NCBI GenBank assembly: GCA_944349635.1
Contig: CALVNH010000003.1
Span: forward strand, 727-64,726
Reading direction: 5' to 3'
DNA length: 64,000 bases
Source: an uncultured Clostridia bacterium
GTDB taxonomy: Bacteria > Bacillota > Clostridia > Christensenellales > CAG-917
How positions within the stretch are numbered: position 1 is the stretch's first letter; the number at the start of each line of letters is the position of its first letter. The position numbers were made by a program, and so were the translations under genes. A model generated the notes under the pieces. That model made no database searches, was not told the DNA's origin, and saw only the letters and a program-made list of their open reading frames with translations. This document shows positions 46,588-56,303 of this stretch, piece after piece.

Positions 46588-48048
46588 TCAGACTTCCAGC
46601 GTGAGATATGTGAAAGTGTATTCTCCGTAAGGTCTGGTCACTTTGGGTTCGAAACCCATTTTGGCAAGATTGTTCAGCGACGGAGCATTGTCAAACTGCA
46701 CCACTGCGCAAAGTACGCACGGCGAAAGGTTGATTTCCGCATACTCTTTCACCGCCCTGCACACGGCGGACGAGACTCCCATTCCTCTGAACTTCCTTGC
46801 CGTCATAATGCCGCTGAATTCGCAGTAACGCCTGCCGTCCTTTTCCCCGCAGATTTCCGCAAGTTTTCTGCCGTACTCTTCGTCGGGGTCGACGGCACAC
46901 GTCGCTATCAGTTTCCCGTCGCACCGCGCTCCCGTCATATATCCGTTTTTCAGGACTCCGCGCAATTCTTCCTCGGTATAATTGAGGAAAAAAAGCTTGT
47001 TTTTCAGTTCGCCGCGCTCTCTTTCGAGAAAGCCGTAAACTTCGTCGAAATCCTCTTCTCGCAAACGCGTCAACACATATTTTTCGGGAGGCAATTTCTG
47101 CTTTTTGACCTCCTTGCTGAAAAATTTTCCCACACGCTCCGCATAGCAGTCCGATACGTGTTTCGCAGGTTTAAGTATATATTTGTCAAGCAAAAACTCC
47201 GGATTGTAACTCAACTTGGATTTTCGGAGCCCTTCCAGACCCATGTCTTCCTGCCTGTTGAGATACTTGCAACCCGCAAAATTCCGCGCCGCGAATTCAC
47301 GGGCGAGATAGCTGTAAATGCCTTCGTAAGCCACGTCTGCTTTCTCGTACATTTCCACCGCGTTGCCCGAGGGCAGAATCTCCCCGATTGCAATGCCGGC
47401 GAGTTTCCCGTCGATGCGCAACACGTCGCAGACGAGGTCGCCCGAAAGCGCGGCGGCAATCCAGCATTTTACAATGCTTTTTTCCTTGTTTGCCGACTCC
47501 TCCGCCTTGCCGTCGAAATCCCTGGCGGCAAGCCACGCTCTTTCGAAAGCCCCCACGTCGTCTATGTCGTTTTCCGTTATTGCAGACATGACGGGAACGT
47601 TGTTTTTCAGAAATTTTGCGATATGGTTTCTCTTTGCGTGATACCTTTTTCCCGGCAGCTCCACGAAGTCGGAAACGGAATAGATATACTCCGCCCAGTC
47701 ACGGTGCGAATAGACGTAATATCCGCCGTACATGTCGTTCACGAATTGTTCCGTGCAGAATGCGAACGAGGCGTCGTCGGGCAGGGCGAGAGCCGCCTGA
47801 ACCACGGTGAGCGCACTCTCCTTTTTCACGAGCGGAGGCCAGTAATACCAACCGTCGTCGAGCTCCGCCCTGAGATACAGCACGTCGTCGCAAAGAAGAT
47901 ACTCGCCCCTGTCGAACCACAGCAAAAAGGCGTAATAGGAATAATCGCTGCCCACATAATCGTCGCCGACAAAGTTGCGGAGAATGTCTTTGAGTTCGGG
48001 GCCGAAGGGTCTGAACCCGCTCAAATCGGGTTTGAAAACTTCTGACAT
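46588..48048 (-). CDS. soluble DUF2156 (MprF synthase-like) domain fused to a C-terminal GNAT acetyltransferase domain
   Basis: N-part has YSYYAFLLWF...DWAEYIY...LPGKRYHAKRNHIAKF...YNPEFLLDKY (DUF2156/LPG_synthase_C pattern). C-part has the GNAT motif A region ARKFRGMGVSSAV. The ATG at 48048 lacks a clear Shine-Dalgarno sequence. Confidence 0.8.
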   Translation of the reverse strand: MSEVFKPDLSGFRPFGPELKDILRNFVGDDYVGSDYSYYAFLLWFDRGEYLLCDDVLYLRAELDDGWYYWPPLVKKESALTVVQAALALPDDASFAFCTEQFVNDMYGGYYVYSHRDWAEYIYSVSDFVELPGKRYHAKRNHIAKFLKNNVPVMSAITENDIDDVGAFERAWLAARDFDGKAEESANKEKSIVKCWIAAALSGDLVCDVLRIDGKLAGIAIGEILPSGNAVEMYEKADVAYEGIYSYLAREFAARNFAGCKYLNRQEDMGLEGLRKSKLSYNPEFLLDKYILKPAKHVSDCYAERVGKFFSKEVKKQKLPPEKYVLTRLREEDFDEVYGFLERERGELKNKLFFLNYTEEELRGVLKNGYMTGARCDGKLIATCAVDPDEEYGRKLAEICGEKDGRRYCEFSGIMTARKFRGMGVSSAVCRAVKEYAEINLSPCVLCAVVQFDNAPSLNNLAKMGFEPKVTRPYGEYTFTYLTLEV

Positions 48049-48136
48049 AATTAGTTGCACCAAAACACGGTTCACGCGGCGACGCTTTGCCGACTCGACG
48101 TTGCGGTGTGCGTCCGCGGTACCGAACCCTGTCCGG

Positions 48137-48628
48137 TTATTTGTCCTTTTTCTTTTTCTCGGGCGGAGTGAAAGTTTCCACCACGGCAAACGCACACCTC
48201 TTTTCCAGTTCGGGCAAAATATCCTTGTAGCCTTTCGCGGTGAGGTTGAGGCGGATGTTTACGCTTGTTGCCGGTGCACCGTCCTCGGAAGGTTTTTCGC
48301 TGATTACGAATATCTCCCCCGTCACGGCATTCACGGCAATCTTGCGGACGGTGTCGTACTCCACGGAGTCACCGAACACGCCCATCATCACGAACAGTTC
48401 GTCGTCGCGGAATTTGTAGTAGCTGTTGCCGAGCAAAAGCGACGCGGCAATGGTCAGCAACGCCCCCGCCGCAAGCGAAACTCCCGCAACGGGTTTGTTG
48501 GCGGTGATGAGTGCCGACACCTCTCCCGACAGCATAACGGCGTCGAGAACGACCACCGCCACGCCTGCCAGTATGACAACGGAAACCAGCGTCGTCTTCA
48601 ACCAACCGAAATACATTCTGAATTTCAT
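48137..48628 (-). CDS. membrane protein of unknown function (2 TM helices plus a soluble beta-rich domain)
   Basis: 163 aa with hydrophobic N-terminal helices, a GGAGG ribosome-binding site and a lysine-rich tail. Confidence 0.6.
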   Translation of the reverse strand: MKFRMYFGWLKTTLVSVVILAGVAVVVLDAVMLSGEVSALITANKPVAGVSLAAGALLTIAASLLLGNSYYKFRDDELFVMMGVFGDSVEYDTVRKIAVNAVTGEIFVISEKPSEDGAPATSVNIRLNLTAKGYKDILPELEKRCAFAVVETFTPPEKKKKDK

Positions 48629-48646
48629 AGCGTGCGACCTCCGTGC

Positions 48647-49738
48647 TTAATTCTGCCCTTCTCCGTCTTCCTTTCCGTCGTCGGCGGAAGCGTCGTCGAG
48701 CGACGATTTCTCGTCGTCGCGCCTGTCGCGCAGATTCTCGTAGAACACGGACGTGGTGTAATCCGTATCCGTGACGCCTACCACATCCTCCGCGGAAGAC
48801 TGATTCTCTCTTCTGTAGCCGAACTCAACGGTATCCACGACCGTAATGGCGTCGGAATAGAAACTCATTCCGTTGGTCTTGTAATATCCCACAAGTTCGA
48901 TGACTCTCAGCAGAAAATAGTTTATGGAAGGCACTACAAGTGCCGCAAGTCCGAAAGTGACGACACTGAACCCCGCAACTATGGCATACGTGCTGAAAAA
49001 CAAAATGACAAAAGCTTTAGACAAACCCTTGTAATTGATTTTCACGGAACGCAGACTGCGCACCAAAGCGGTATAGTTGCTTTCGTCGGGACAGAAAAGT
49101 TTTCTGGGCAACCAACCCGCAAGCAGCGTCGCGCGCGCGGAGAACAGCAGAATGCCGAGCACCAGGACTATCGGCAGCGCAAACATTCTTATGCCCACCC
49201 AGAGCCCGTAGCACAGGCAAGCCAGAACAACCGTGATTATGAGGTCCATCGGCACGGCAACCGACACTCTGCATGCGGCAAACCTCACCGAGTTGCGGAA
49301 GTTCATCGCAAACGACGAGGCGAGCCCGAGGCGCATGTTCGAGCTCATGAGCTGGTTCACGATATACGCTGTCGGATAATAGCTCATATACACCAAAAAG
49401 GCGTACAGCGTATAAAGAAAAATCAGCGATATGACCAACGCCGCGCACAGTCCGCCGTTTGCGGCAACGGCGACAAGCAAATCTTTGAGGTCGGTGGACA
49501 GCCCGTCGGCAAATCCCAGAATGGAAACCTCGCCGTTGACGAAAGCGTCGAACTCTTCGAGCACATTTACGTACGCCGCGGAAACCGACGCCCGCTCTGC
49601 GAGCGCATCGAACGTCGGCAAAAGTATAGCCGCCCCGATTGCCGCCACTATGAACATGCAAATCAGCACCCAAACAAGCAATTTGAGCACGTACCCCATA
49701 TTGGCGAACAGCAATGACAACGAATATTTGAATTCCAT
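48647..49738 (-). CDS. polytopic membrane protein of unknown function with an acidic C-terminal tail
   Basis: 363 aa with about 6-7 hydrophobic segments and a GAGG ribosome-binding site. Confidence 0.65.
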   Translation of the reverse strand: MEFKYSLSLLFANMGYVLKLLVWVLICMFIVAAIGAAILLPTFDALAERASVSAAYVNVLEEFDAFVNGEVSILGFADGLSTDLKDLLVAVAANGGLCAALVISLIFLYTLYAFLVYMSYYPTAYIVNQLMSSNMRLGLASSFAMNFRNSVRFAACRVSVAVPMDLIITVVLACLCYGLWVGIRMFALPIVLVLGILLFSARATLLAGWLPRKLFCPDESNYTALVRSLRSVKINYKGLSKAFVILFFSTYAIVAGFSVVTFGLAALVVPSINYFLLRVIELVGYYKTNGMSFYSDAITVVDTVEFGYRRENQSSAEDVVGVTDTDYTTSVFYENLRDRRDDEKSSLDDASADDGKEDGEGQN

Positions 49739-49801
49739 ATTTACCTCACATCGCAGGCTTTACACCCGCAAATCAAAGGTTAAACCCCGTTTTATGCGCA
49801 A

Positions 49802-50656
49802 TCAATCCTTTCCGATGCGTTTGAACGTCTTGCGCGACCAGAGGTCTATTTTCTGCAAATCCATTCTTTCGGTGCCCGTGGCATCGTAGAACAGATTGTA
49901 CATGAGTATGACGTAATAAGGAAGTACTATCGCAAAGGAAAGTCCGTCCAGAATTACTCTTGCCACGGTACTGTCCGTGACTGCGCCGACGATTATCATG
50001 ACCAGCTGTATTGGCACAACCGCAACGGCAATCGTGAACGCCGTACGGAATACCTTGCCGGACATATTGCTCCATCCCATTCTGAAAGCCTCACGCGTCC
50101 TCAATCCCGTATGAAGCATGAACGGCGGCCACAGAATTATGCAGGAGAAAAGCAGTATCAGCCCGAAAGTCACCGCCAACCATGACAGAATTGAAAACGC
50201 CAGCCACGCGCCGCCGCTTCCGAATGCCACCGCCCAGAGATAATACAAAACCGTCAGAAGCAAATCTCCGAGCACGAACACCACTCCCACAAAGAGAGCA
50301 AACTGTATCGCAGTGAGAATGTTGTAATTTATGCGCGTCTTTGCCCTGCGGAAGGATATGGTGAACTCCCCTATCCTCATGTGCCTGTCCACGATGCCGA
50401 ACATCAGCGCAAGTACGAACACATAGAGTATCAGCCCCACTATGCCCAGATAAAAAATGTCGAACGGCAGAACGTGCATGTCCTCGTAAAGATGGGCGAA
50501 CGTGTCGTAAACGACATGCTTGTATTTAAACAGGTAATGGAGCGACGCCGACGGAGAAAACAGCAACGCCGAAAGCAAGGACGGCAACGTCGCGAGCAAT
50601 ACGAGTTGCGGACCCTTGTCGAAAAAATATTTAAGAGTGGACTTCGTAATATTCAT
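49802..50656 (-). CDS. polytopic membrane protein of unknown function
   Basis: 284 aa with about 6 hydrophobic segments and an AGGAG ribosome-binding site. Confidence 0.65.
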   Translation of the reverse strand: MNITKSTLKYFFDKGPQLVLLATLPSLLSALLFSPSASLHYLFKYKHVVYDTFAHLYEDMHVLPFDIFYLGIVGLILYVFVLALMFGIVDRHMRIGEFTISFRRAKTRINYNILTAIQFALFVGVVFVLGDLLLTVLYYLWAVAFGSGGAWLAFSILSWLAVTFGLILLFSCIILWPPFMLHTGLRTREAFRMGWSNMSGKVFRTAFTIAVAVVPIQLVMIIVGAVTDSTVARVILDGLSFAIVLPYYVILMYNLFYDATGTERMDLQKIDLWSRKTFKRIGKD

Positions 50657-50702
50657 GATTATTACTCCTGTCGGTCGCTCTCCCTTTGTTTGCCGCGAAG
50701 TA

Positions 50703-53321
50703 TCATATCAACGCGGCGAGTTTGTCTTTCAGTTTTGCGGCTTTTTCCTGCGCACGGGCAAGTTTTTCGCGTTCGCCGTCGACCAGTTTCTGCGGAGCCT
50801 TGGCAACGAATGCGGCGTTGCCGAGCAGATTCCCGACGCGTGCTATGTCCGCTTCCACCTGCGCAAGTTCCTTTTGCAGGCGTTCTCTCTCCTTATCCGT
50901 GTCGATAAGGTCGCCGAGAGGAACCAGCACCTCGGCGCAATGTGTCACGACGGAAGTGACTTTCTCCGTGACCTCGCTCTTGTCCGAAACGAAGGTGACG
51001 GAAGATATGCCGGCCATCTTCTCGATATATCCCGCGACGCTCCTCATAAACTTCTCGTCCGCGGCTATGACGTACGCACCGAACTTCTTGGAGACGGGCA
51101 CGTTCATTTCCGCACGCATGTTTCTGATTGCGACGATGGTTTCGCGCAGGCCTTCGAAGTTCTTTTCCTCTTTGCGGAATACGGTCTTCTTGTTGTAAGC
51201 AGGCCATTCCGACGTCATCAGCACGCTGCCCTTTCCCGCATACTTGGAATATATTTCTTCCGTCACGAAAGGTATGAACGGATGCAACAGTTTGAGTATC
51301 TGCGTGAGCACGTACGTCAACATTGCCACGGCGTGAGAGTGCGCTTTCTTGTCGCCGCTGTACAGCATGGGTTTCGACATCTCGATGTACCAGTCGCAGA
51401 ACTCCGACCACGTAAAGTCGTAAAGTTTCGCGGCGGCAAGCCCGATTTCGTACTTGTTGAGGTTGATTGTCACCTCCTTGACAACGTCGTTCAAGCGCGT
51501 CAGAATCCACTTGTCCGCGCCGTTGAGCCTGGTCGGGAAGGAGAGGTCGTCGTCCTTCTCGATGTTCATGACGACGAAACGGCTGGCGTTCCACAGCTTG
51601 TTGACGAAGTTGCGACAACTCTCGATTTTGCCTTCCGTAAAGCGGGTATCGCTTCCCGGCGCTATGCCCGTGGCAAGCGAGAACCTCAATGCGTCCGCTC
51701 CGTATTTGTCGATGATTTCGAGGGGGTCGATTCCGTTGCCGAGGCTCTTGGACATCTTTCTGCCCTCCGCGTCACGCACTATACCGTGAATGAGCACTTC
51801 GTCGAAGGGCACCTCGTTCATCATTTCTATGCCGCTGAATATCATTCTGGCAACCCAGAAGAAGATTATGTCATAAGCGGTGACCAACACGCTGGTAGGA
51901 TAGAAGTACGACAGATTCTTGTTCTTTCTGGGATAGCCCAACGTGCTGAAAGGCCACAGCGCGGAAGAGAACCACGTGTCGAGCACGTCCTCGTCCTGTC
52001 GCATTGCACCGCCGCACTTGGGACAAACTTTCACCTCGTTTTTGGAAACTACCATCTCTCCGCAATCGTCGCAATAATACGCGGGGATGCGGTGTCCCCA
52101 CCACAGCTGTCTGGAAATGCACCAGTCCTTGATGTTCTCCATCCAGTTGAAATACGTCTTTTCGAAACGCCTGGGAATAAACTCCACCTTTTTGGTCTTG
52201 ACGGCTTTGATGGCGGGTTCCGCAAGCGGTTTCATTTTGACGAACCACTGCTTGGAAACGATGGCTTCCACGGTTTCGCCGCAACGGTAACATTCTCCGA
52301 CGTTGTGAGCGTAAGGCTCTATCTTTTCCAGATACCCCTGCGCTTTGAGGTCTTCCACGACGGCTTTTCTGCATTCCAGCCTGTCCATGCCGCAGTATTT
52401 GCCCGCATTCTCGTTCATTCTGCCGTCGTCGCCGATGACCCTGATGACTTCCAGATTGTGGCGCAGTCCGAGTTCGAAGTCGTTGGGGTCGTGAGCCGGC
52501 GTAATTTTGACCGCACCCGTGCCGAAACCGATTTCCACATAGTCGTCCGCCACCACGGGTATGATTCTGTCCGTGAGCGGCAATTTGAGCATTCTGCCGA
52601 CATAAGGCGCCATCTTCTCGTCTTTCGGGTTGACGGCCACGGCGGTGTCACCCAACATGGTTTCGGGACGCGTGGTCGCAATGGTCACGTAACCGTCGCC
52701 GTCGGCAAAGGGATAACGGTAATACCAGAGGTTGGACTGCTGTTCGGAATACTCCACTTCCGCGTCGGAAAGCGCGGTCTTGCAATGAGGACACCAGTTG
52801 ATGATTCTGTCACCGCGGTAAATAAGACCCTTTTTGTAGTAACGCACGAATGCGTCCAGCACCGCCGCCGAACAGTTCTTGTCCATGGTGAACGCCTCTT
52901 TGGACCAGTCGCAGGAAGTGCCGAGACGTTTGAGTTGTTCCACGATTCTGCCGCCGTACTGTTCCTTCCATGCCCAGGCGCGTTCGAGGAATCCTTCTCT
53001 GCCCACGTCGGCTTTCGTCAGTCCCTCCTCCTTCATCTTTTCCACGATTTTGACTTCCGTGGCGATGGAAGCGTGGTCCGTGCCGGGAAGCCAAAGTGCT
53101 TCGTAGCCCGCCATACGCTTGAACCTTATAATGATGTCCTGCACCGTCTGGTTCAGCGCGTGCCCCATGTGAAGCTGTCCCGTTATGTTGGGAGGAGGCA
53201 TCATAATCGTGAAAGGCTCTTTGTCGTCGTTGGGGTGAGCCTCGAAGAATTTACCTTTCTGCCAGAAATCGTAAATCCGTTTTTCGAATTCGGGATTGTA
53301 AGTCTTGTCCATTTTTTCCAT
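50703..53321 (-). CDS. valS: valine--tRNA ligase
   Basis: 872 aa with HIGH region PPNITGQLHMGH, KMSKS region KMSKSLGN and a C-terminal coiled coil. Confidence 0.97.
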   Translation of the reverse strand: MEKMDKTYNPEFEKRIYDFWQKGKFFEAHPNDDKEPFTIMMPPPNITGQLHMGHALNQTVQDIIIRFKRMAGYEALWLPGTDHASIATEVKIVEKMKEEGLTKADVGREGFLERAWAWKEQYGGRIVEQLKRLGTSCDWSKEAFTMDKNCSAAVLDAFVRYYKKGLIYRGDRIINWCPHCKTALSDAEVEYSEQQSNLWYYRYPFADGDGYVTIATTRPETMLGDTAVAVNPKDEKMAPYVGRMLKLPLTDRIIPVVADDYVEIGFGTGAVKITPAHDPNDFELGLRHNLEVIRVIGDDGRMNENAGKYCGMDRLECRKAVVEDLKAQGYLEKIEPYAHNVGECYRCGETVEAIVSKQWFVKMKPLAEPAIKAVKTKKVEFIPRRFEKTYFNWMENIKDWCISRQLWWGHRIPAYYCDDCGEMVVSKNEVKVCPKCGGAMRQDEDVLDTWFSSALWPFSTLGYPRKNKNLSYFYPTSVLVTAYDIIFFWVARMIFSGIEMMNEVPFDEVLIHGIVRDAEGRKMSKSLGNGIDPLEIIDKYGADALRFSLATGIAPGSDTRFTEGKIESCRNFVNKLWNASRFVVMNIEKDDDLSFPTRLNGADKWILTRLNDVVKEVTINLNKYEIGLAAAKLYDFTWSEFCDWYIEMSKPMLYSGDKKAHSHAVAMLTYVLTQILKLLHPFIPFVTEEIYSKYAGKGSVLMTSEWPAYNKKTVFRKEEKNFEGLRETIVAIRNMRAEMNVPVSKKFGAYVIAADEKFMRSVAGYIEKMAGISSVTFVSDKSEVTEKVTSVVTHCAEVLVPLGDLIDTDKERERLQKELAQVEADIARVGNLLGNAAFVAKAPQKLVDGEREKLARAQEKAAKLKDKLAALI

Positions 53322-53410
53322 ATTTATCGCCTTTTAGTAAAATTGCAAATCTCCGCGCCTCGGACGGCAGAGCCGCGCTCAACCTTCCGTTAGGTATATA
53401 CCCTGCGGCA

Positions 53411-54166
53411 TTATCGCTCCTCGGTACGGGAGCCGGATTCGTCTTCGGACGCAACGGCTTCGAAAGGACGGTTGCTGCTGTCCGTGGTCTTAGCGCTTTC
53501 CGAAGTCACGCGCTCCATTTCGCCGCTGTTGATTTTCCTGATTTGACGTATGATGTCGACGAGATAATTCACCGCCGCACCGTAGCTCAGGCAAATACCC
53601 CAGGAGAGAATTCCCCAGTCCGCATACATGACGTAGGGATGGAAGAATGAAAGTATCACGCCCACCGAAACCGTGAACGACGCAACCTTGCCCATCCAGT
53701 TTGCCTGCACTTTCGCGCCTTTCTTCATGACGAGGGGCGAAGCGCACACCATAATCGCCTCTTTGAGAAGAAGCAGAATGACGAATGCGTAGTGAACGTA
53801 CCAACCGCCGCTTGCGGCTGCCGTGTTCGCTCCGAGAGGAGTGAGCCCCGTGCACAGCGAAAGGCAGAACAACACCGAAACGTGCATCAGCTTGTCGGCA
53901 AGAGGGTCAAGCACCATTCCGATGCCGGAAGTCATATTGAACTTTCTGGCAATCCAACCGTCGACGAGGTCGGACCCTGCCGCAACCACAAATACGCCGA
54001 ATGCGATGTACAACAACACGGGGTCGCTGTTCAATCCCGCGAAAACCATAAGAAGAATGTAAGCGGGAATACAGAGAATCCTGAAATAAGTGATGAGATT
54101 CGGAATCGTCCAAAGCTCTTTTTTGTCTATCTGACCCATACCCTTGTAAGCCATCGACACGCCCAC
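53411..54166 (-). CDS. pgsA: CDP-alcohol phosphatidyltransferase (PgsA-like) with a C-terminal extension
   Basis: Motif DLVDGWIARKFNMTSGIGMVLDPLADK. The exact start is uncertain (54166 or 54154). Confidence 0.8.
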   Translation of the reverse strand: MGVSMAYKGMGQIDKKELWTIPNLITYFRILCIPAYILLMVFAGLNSDPVLLYIAFGVFVVAAGSDLVDGWIARKFNMTSGIGMVLDPLADKLMHVSVLFCLSLCTGLTPLGANTAAASGGWYVHYAFVILLLLKEAIMVCASPLVMKKGAKVQANWMGKVASFTVSVGVILSFFHPYVMYADWGILSWGICLSYGAAVNYLVDIIRQIRKINSGEMERVTSESAKTTDSSNRPFEAVASEDESGSRTEER

Positions 54167-54298
54167 CTTTGAATAAGTTTATGTTATTATATCACTCCCG
54201 CGCATATATGTAAACTCTTTGAGAGAGAAGAAAGTCGGCTTTATCCGTCAAAAAGCCCTTACGTCTCCACGGTGCGCCCGCAAACGGAAACCCGTCAA

Positions 54299-54330
54299 TA
54301 AAAAAGCAACGCGCCCTAAATGCGCGTTGC
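54299..54330 (-). terminator. Rho-independent terminator after the HAD hydrolase gene
   Basis: Minus strand reads GCAACGCGC-ATTTAGG-GCGCGTTGC followed by TTTTTTAT. Confidence 0.75.
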
Positions 54331-54381
54331 ACCGTAACGGTTTTACCGCCCGTACCGCACGACGGCGGCGTCAGTCCGCAG

Positions 54382-55032
54382 TCAACCCAGAATGAGGTCG
54401 CCCGCTTCACGCGGAGTGGCGAAAAGGTATTTCACGCCGTGCGACAGCAGTTCTTCCCTGCTTCCGTATCCCCAGAGAACACCCGCACAGTCGACGTGGG
54501 CAAGAGCCGCGCCGTCGGCGTCGTACAGTCTGTCGCCGACCATGAGTATGCTTTCCCTTTCCTTCAACGCCATATTTTCGATGACGTATTCGATGACTTC
54601 CACCTTGCTTTCCCTCGACGTATCGCTTGCCGCGCCGCCAATGAAATCGAAATATTTGGCGAGATTCAGCTCTTCCATCATTTTAAAAGCAAAGCGAAGA
54701 GGCTTCGACGTTGCGAGCGCCAGCTTTTTCCCCGCCGCTTTCAGCCTTGCGAAAAGCTCTTCCACCCCGTCGTAAACGCTGCACTCTTTCCAACCGTGCA
54801 CCTCGTATTCCGCGCGGTAAAGCTTTATCAGCTCTTCTATCACCGGACCGTCCACGCCGAGAATCTCCCGCATGGAAACTCTGAAAGGCGGACCCACCAT
54901 CATATCGAGTTGTGCTTCCGTATAAGGAATTCCCTTTGCGTCGAGAGCGATTTTTATGCAGCGTACAATGCCGGGCTTGCTGTCCGTGATTGTGCCGTCA
55001 AGGTCGAAAAAAACTGTGTCGTATGCCGACAT
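54382..55032 (-). CDS. HAD-superfamily hydrolase (phosphoglycolate phosphatase-like)
   Basis: Motif I VFFDLDGTITDS and motif IV MVGDRLYD. Confidence 0.85.
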   Translation of the reverse strand: MSAYDTVFFDLDGTITDSKPGIVRCIKIALDAKGIPYTEAQLDMMVGPPFRVSMREILGVDGPVIEELIKLYRAEYEVHGWKECSVYDGVEELFARLKAAGKKLALATSKPLRFAFKMMEELNLAKYFDFIGGAASDTSRESKVEVIEYVIENMALKERESILMVGDRLYDADGAALAHVDCAGVLWGYGSREELLSHGVKYLFATPREAGDLILG

Positions 55033-55161
55033 TTATCCTCCGAACGCGCCTGTTGCGCGAATTTAACGCCGCCTGTTTCCCGAACGCCGCATTGCGCGGA
55101 CGTATTGCAGATGCGGTACGATAAACCTGTTGAAACGCCGCGCTTCAAGCGCGGCGACAAA

Positions 55162-56133
55162 TTACAGCGTGTGAGCTATGTAGTCTGTCCTGTCCTCGTC
55201 CGTCAGCGCAATGGCGGGAATGTCGAGTATGGTCATTGCTCCGCGCACGCCCTTCGCGAACAGTCTGGCGTTGGCTTTTGCGTATGCCATGAGCACGCTT
55301 GCGGTAAAGTCGGGGTTGCTTTCCAGTTTGAGTGCGAATTCCAGAGAATGGTGTGCGCCGTTGACTTCTCCGCTTCTCAGCACGAAACCGCCGTGGGGCA
55401 TTGCGCCGTGGTCGCGGTCGAATTCCTCTTCCGTAATGAAATGCACCACCGTGTCGTACTCGTCGAAATAGTTGGGCATAGTGACAATCTTTCTTTCGAT
55501 TTCCGCCTTATCCGCCCCTTCCGCCGCGACGACGAAACACTCGCGCAAGTGCTTGTCTCTCGTCGTGAGTTCCGCGCCTTTGCCGCTGCGCGCCGCGTCA
55601 AGCGCCTCCTGCTTGGGAACGGTGTACTGAATGCCTTTGACGACGCCTTCGATTCTGCGGACGGCTTCGCTGTGTCCTTGCGACACGCCTCTGCCCCAGA
55701 AAGTCTGAGACACTCCGTCGGGAAGCACCCCGCCGAACACCGCGCGCATCAGAGAAAACAGACCCGGGTCCCAGCCTATGCCGATAAAGGAGAGATTTCC
55801 GTTTTCGGTGGTTATACGTTGCATTTCGGTAACGTAATCCCTCATTCTTGCGTGAGTGTCGAAGCTGTCAACCGTGTTGAAAGACGCCGCGCAACGCATT
55901 CCGAGGTCGGTCAAATCGTTTGCGGAACCCGTGCAAAGAGCAAGAACGTCGATTTTGCCCTTGAAGTTCTCTATGTCGGACTGTTTGTAAAACGCCGTGC
56001 CGAAAGGCGACTTCATTGAGGAAGGTTCACGTCGGGTGAAAATGCCGACGAGTTGGAATCCGTCCTGTGTGCACGCGATTTTCTCGCACGCTTTTCCGAG
56101 ATTGCCGTAGCCTACGATTGCAATTCTTACCAT
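55162..56133 (-). CDS. ddh: meso-diaminopimelate D-dehydrogenase
   Basis: MVRIAIVGYGNLGK Rossmann N-terminus and a Ddh-like core. GGAGG ribosome-binding site before the ATG at 56133. Confidence 0.88.
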   Translation of the reverse strand: MVRIAIVGYGNLGKACEKIACTQDGFQLVGIFTRREPSSMKSPFGTAFYKQSDIENFKGKIDVLALCTGSANDLTDLGMRCAASFNTVDSFDTHARMRDYVTEMQRITTENGNLSFIGIGWDPGLFSLMRAVFGGVLPDGVSQTFWGRGVSQGHSEAVRRIEGVVKGIQYTVPKQEALDAARSGKGAELTTRDKHLRECFVVAAEGADKAEIERKIVTMPNYFDEYDTVVHFITEEEFDRDHGAMPHGGFVLRSGEVNGAHHSLEFALKLESNPDFTASVLMAYAKANARLFAKGVRGAMTILDIPAIALTDEDRTDYIAHTL

Positions 56134-56303
56134 ATACAGTCCTCCGTGTTTTTCGGGCGGGTTATCCCGCCGCTTCAATATGGGAAAAATTTTACAACAA
56201 TACGGCGCAAAACGCAAGCGCGCAAGCAAAAAAAACCGATGTCGCATAGTTTGATATTGTGTTATAAAAAAATTCCGCATTGGCAATGATACGGGGTATG
56301 GAA

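Noticed and set aside
50616-53393. 925-aa plus-strand ORF antisense to valS
   Set aside because: It is a shadow ORF of a GC-rich, highly conserved gene. The composition is implausible, and ValRS on the opposite strand has HIGH and KMSKS motifs.
56053-56289. 78-aa and 60-aa plus-strand ORFs upstream of mazF as candidate antitoxins
   Set aside because: Both lie largely antisense inside ddh, have a basic low-complexity sequence and no RHH/AbrB-like pattern, and have no ribosome-binding site.
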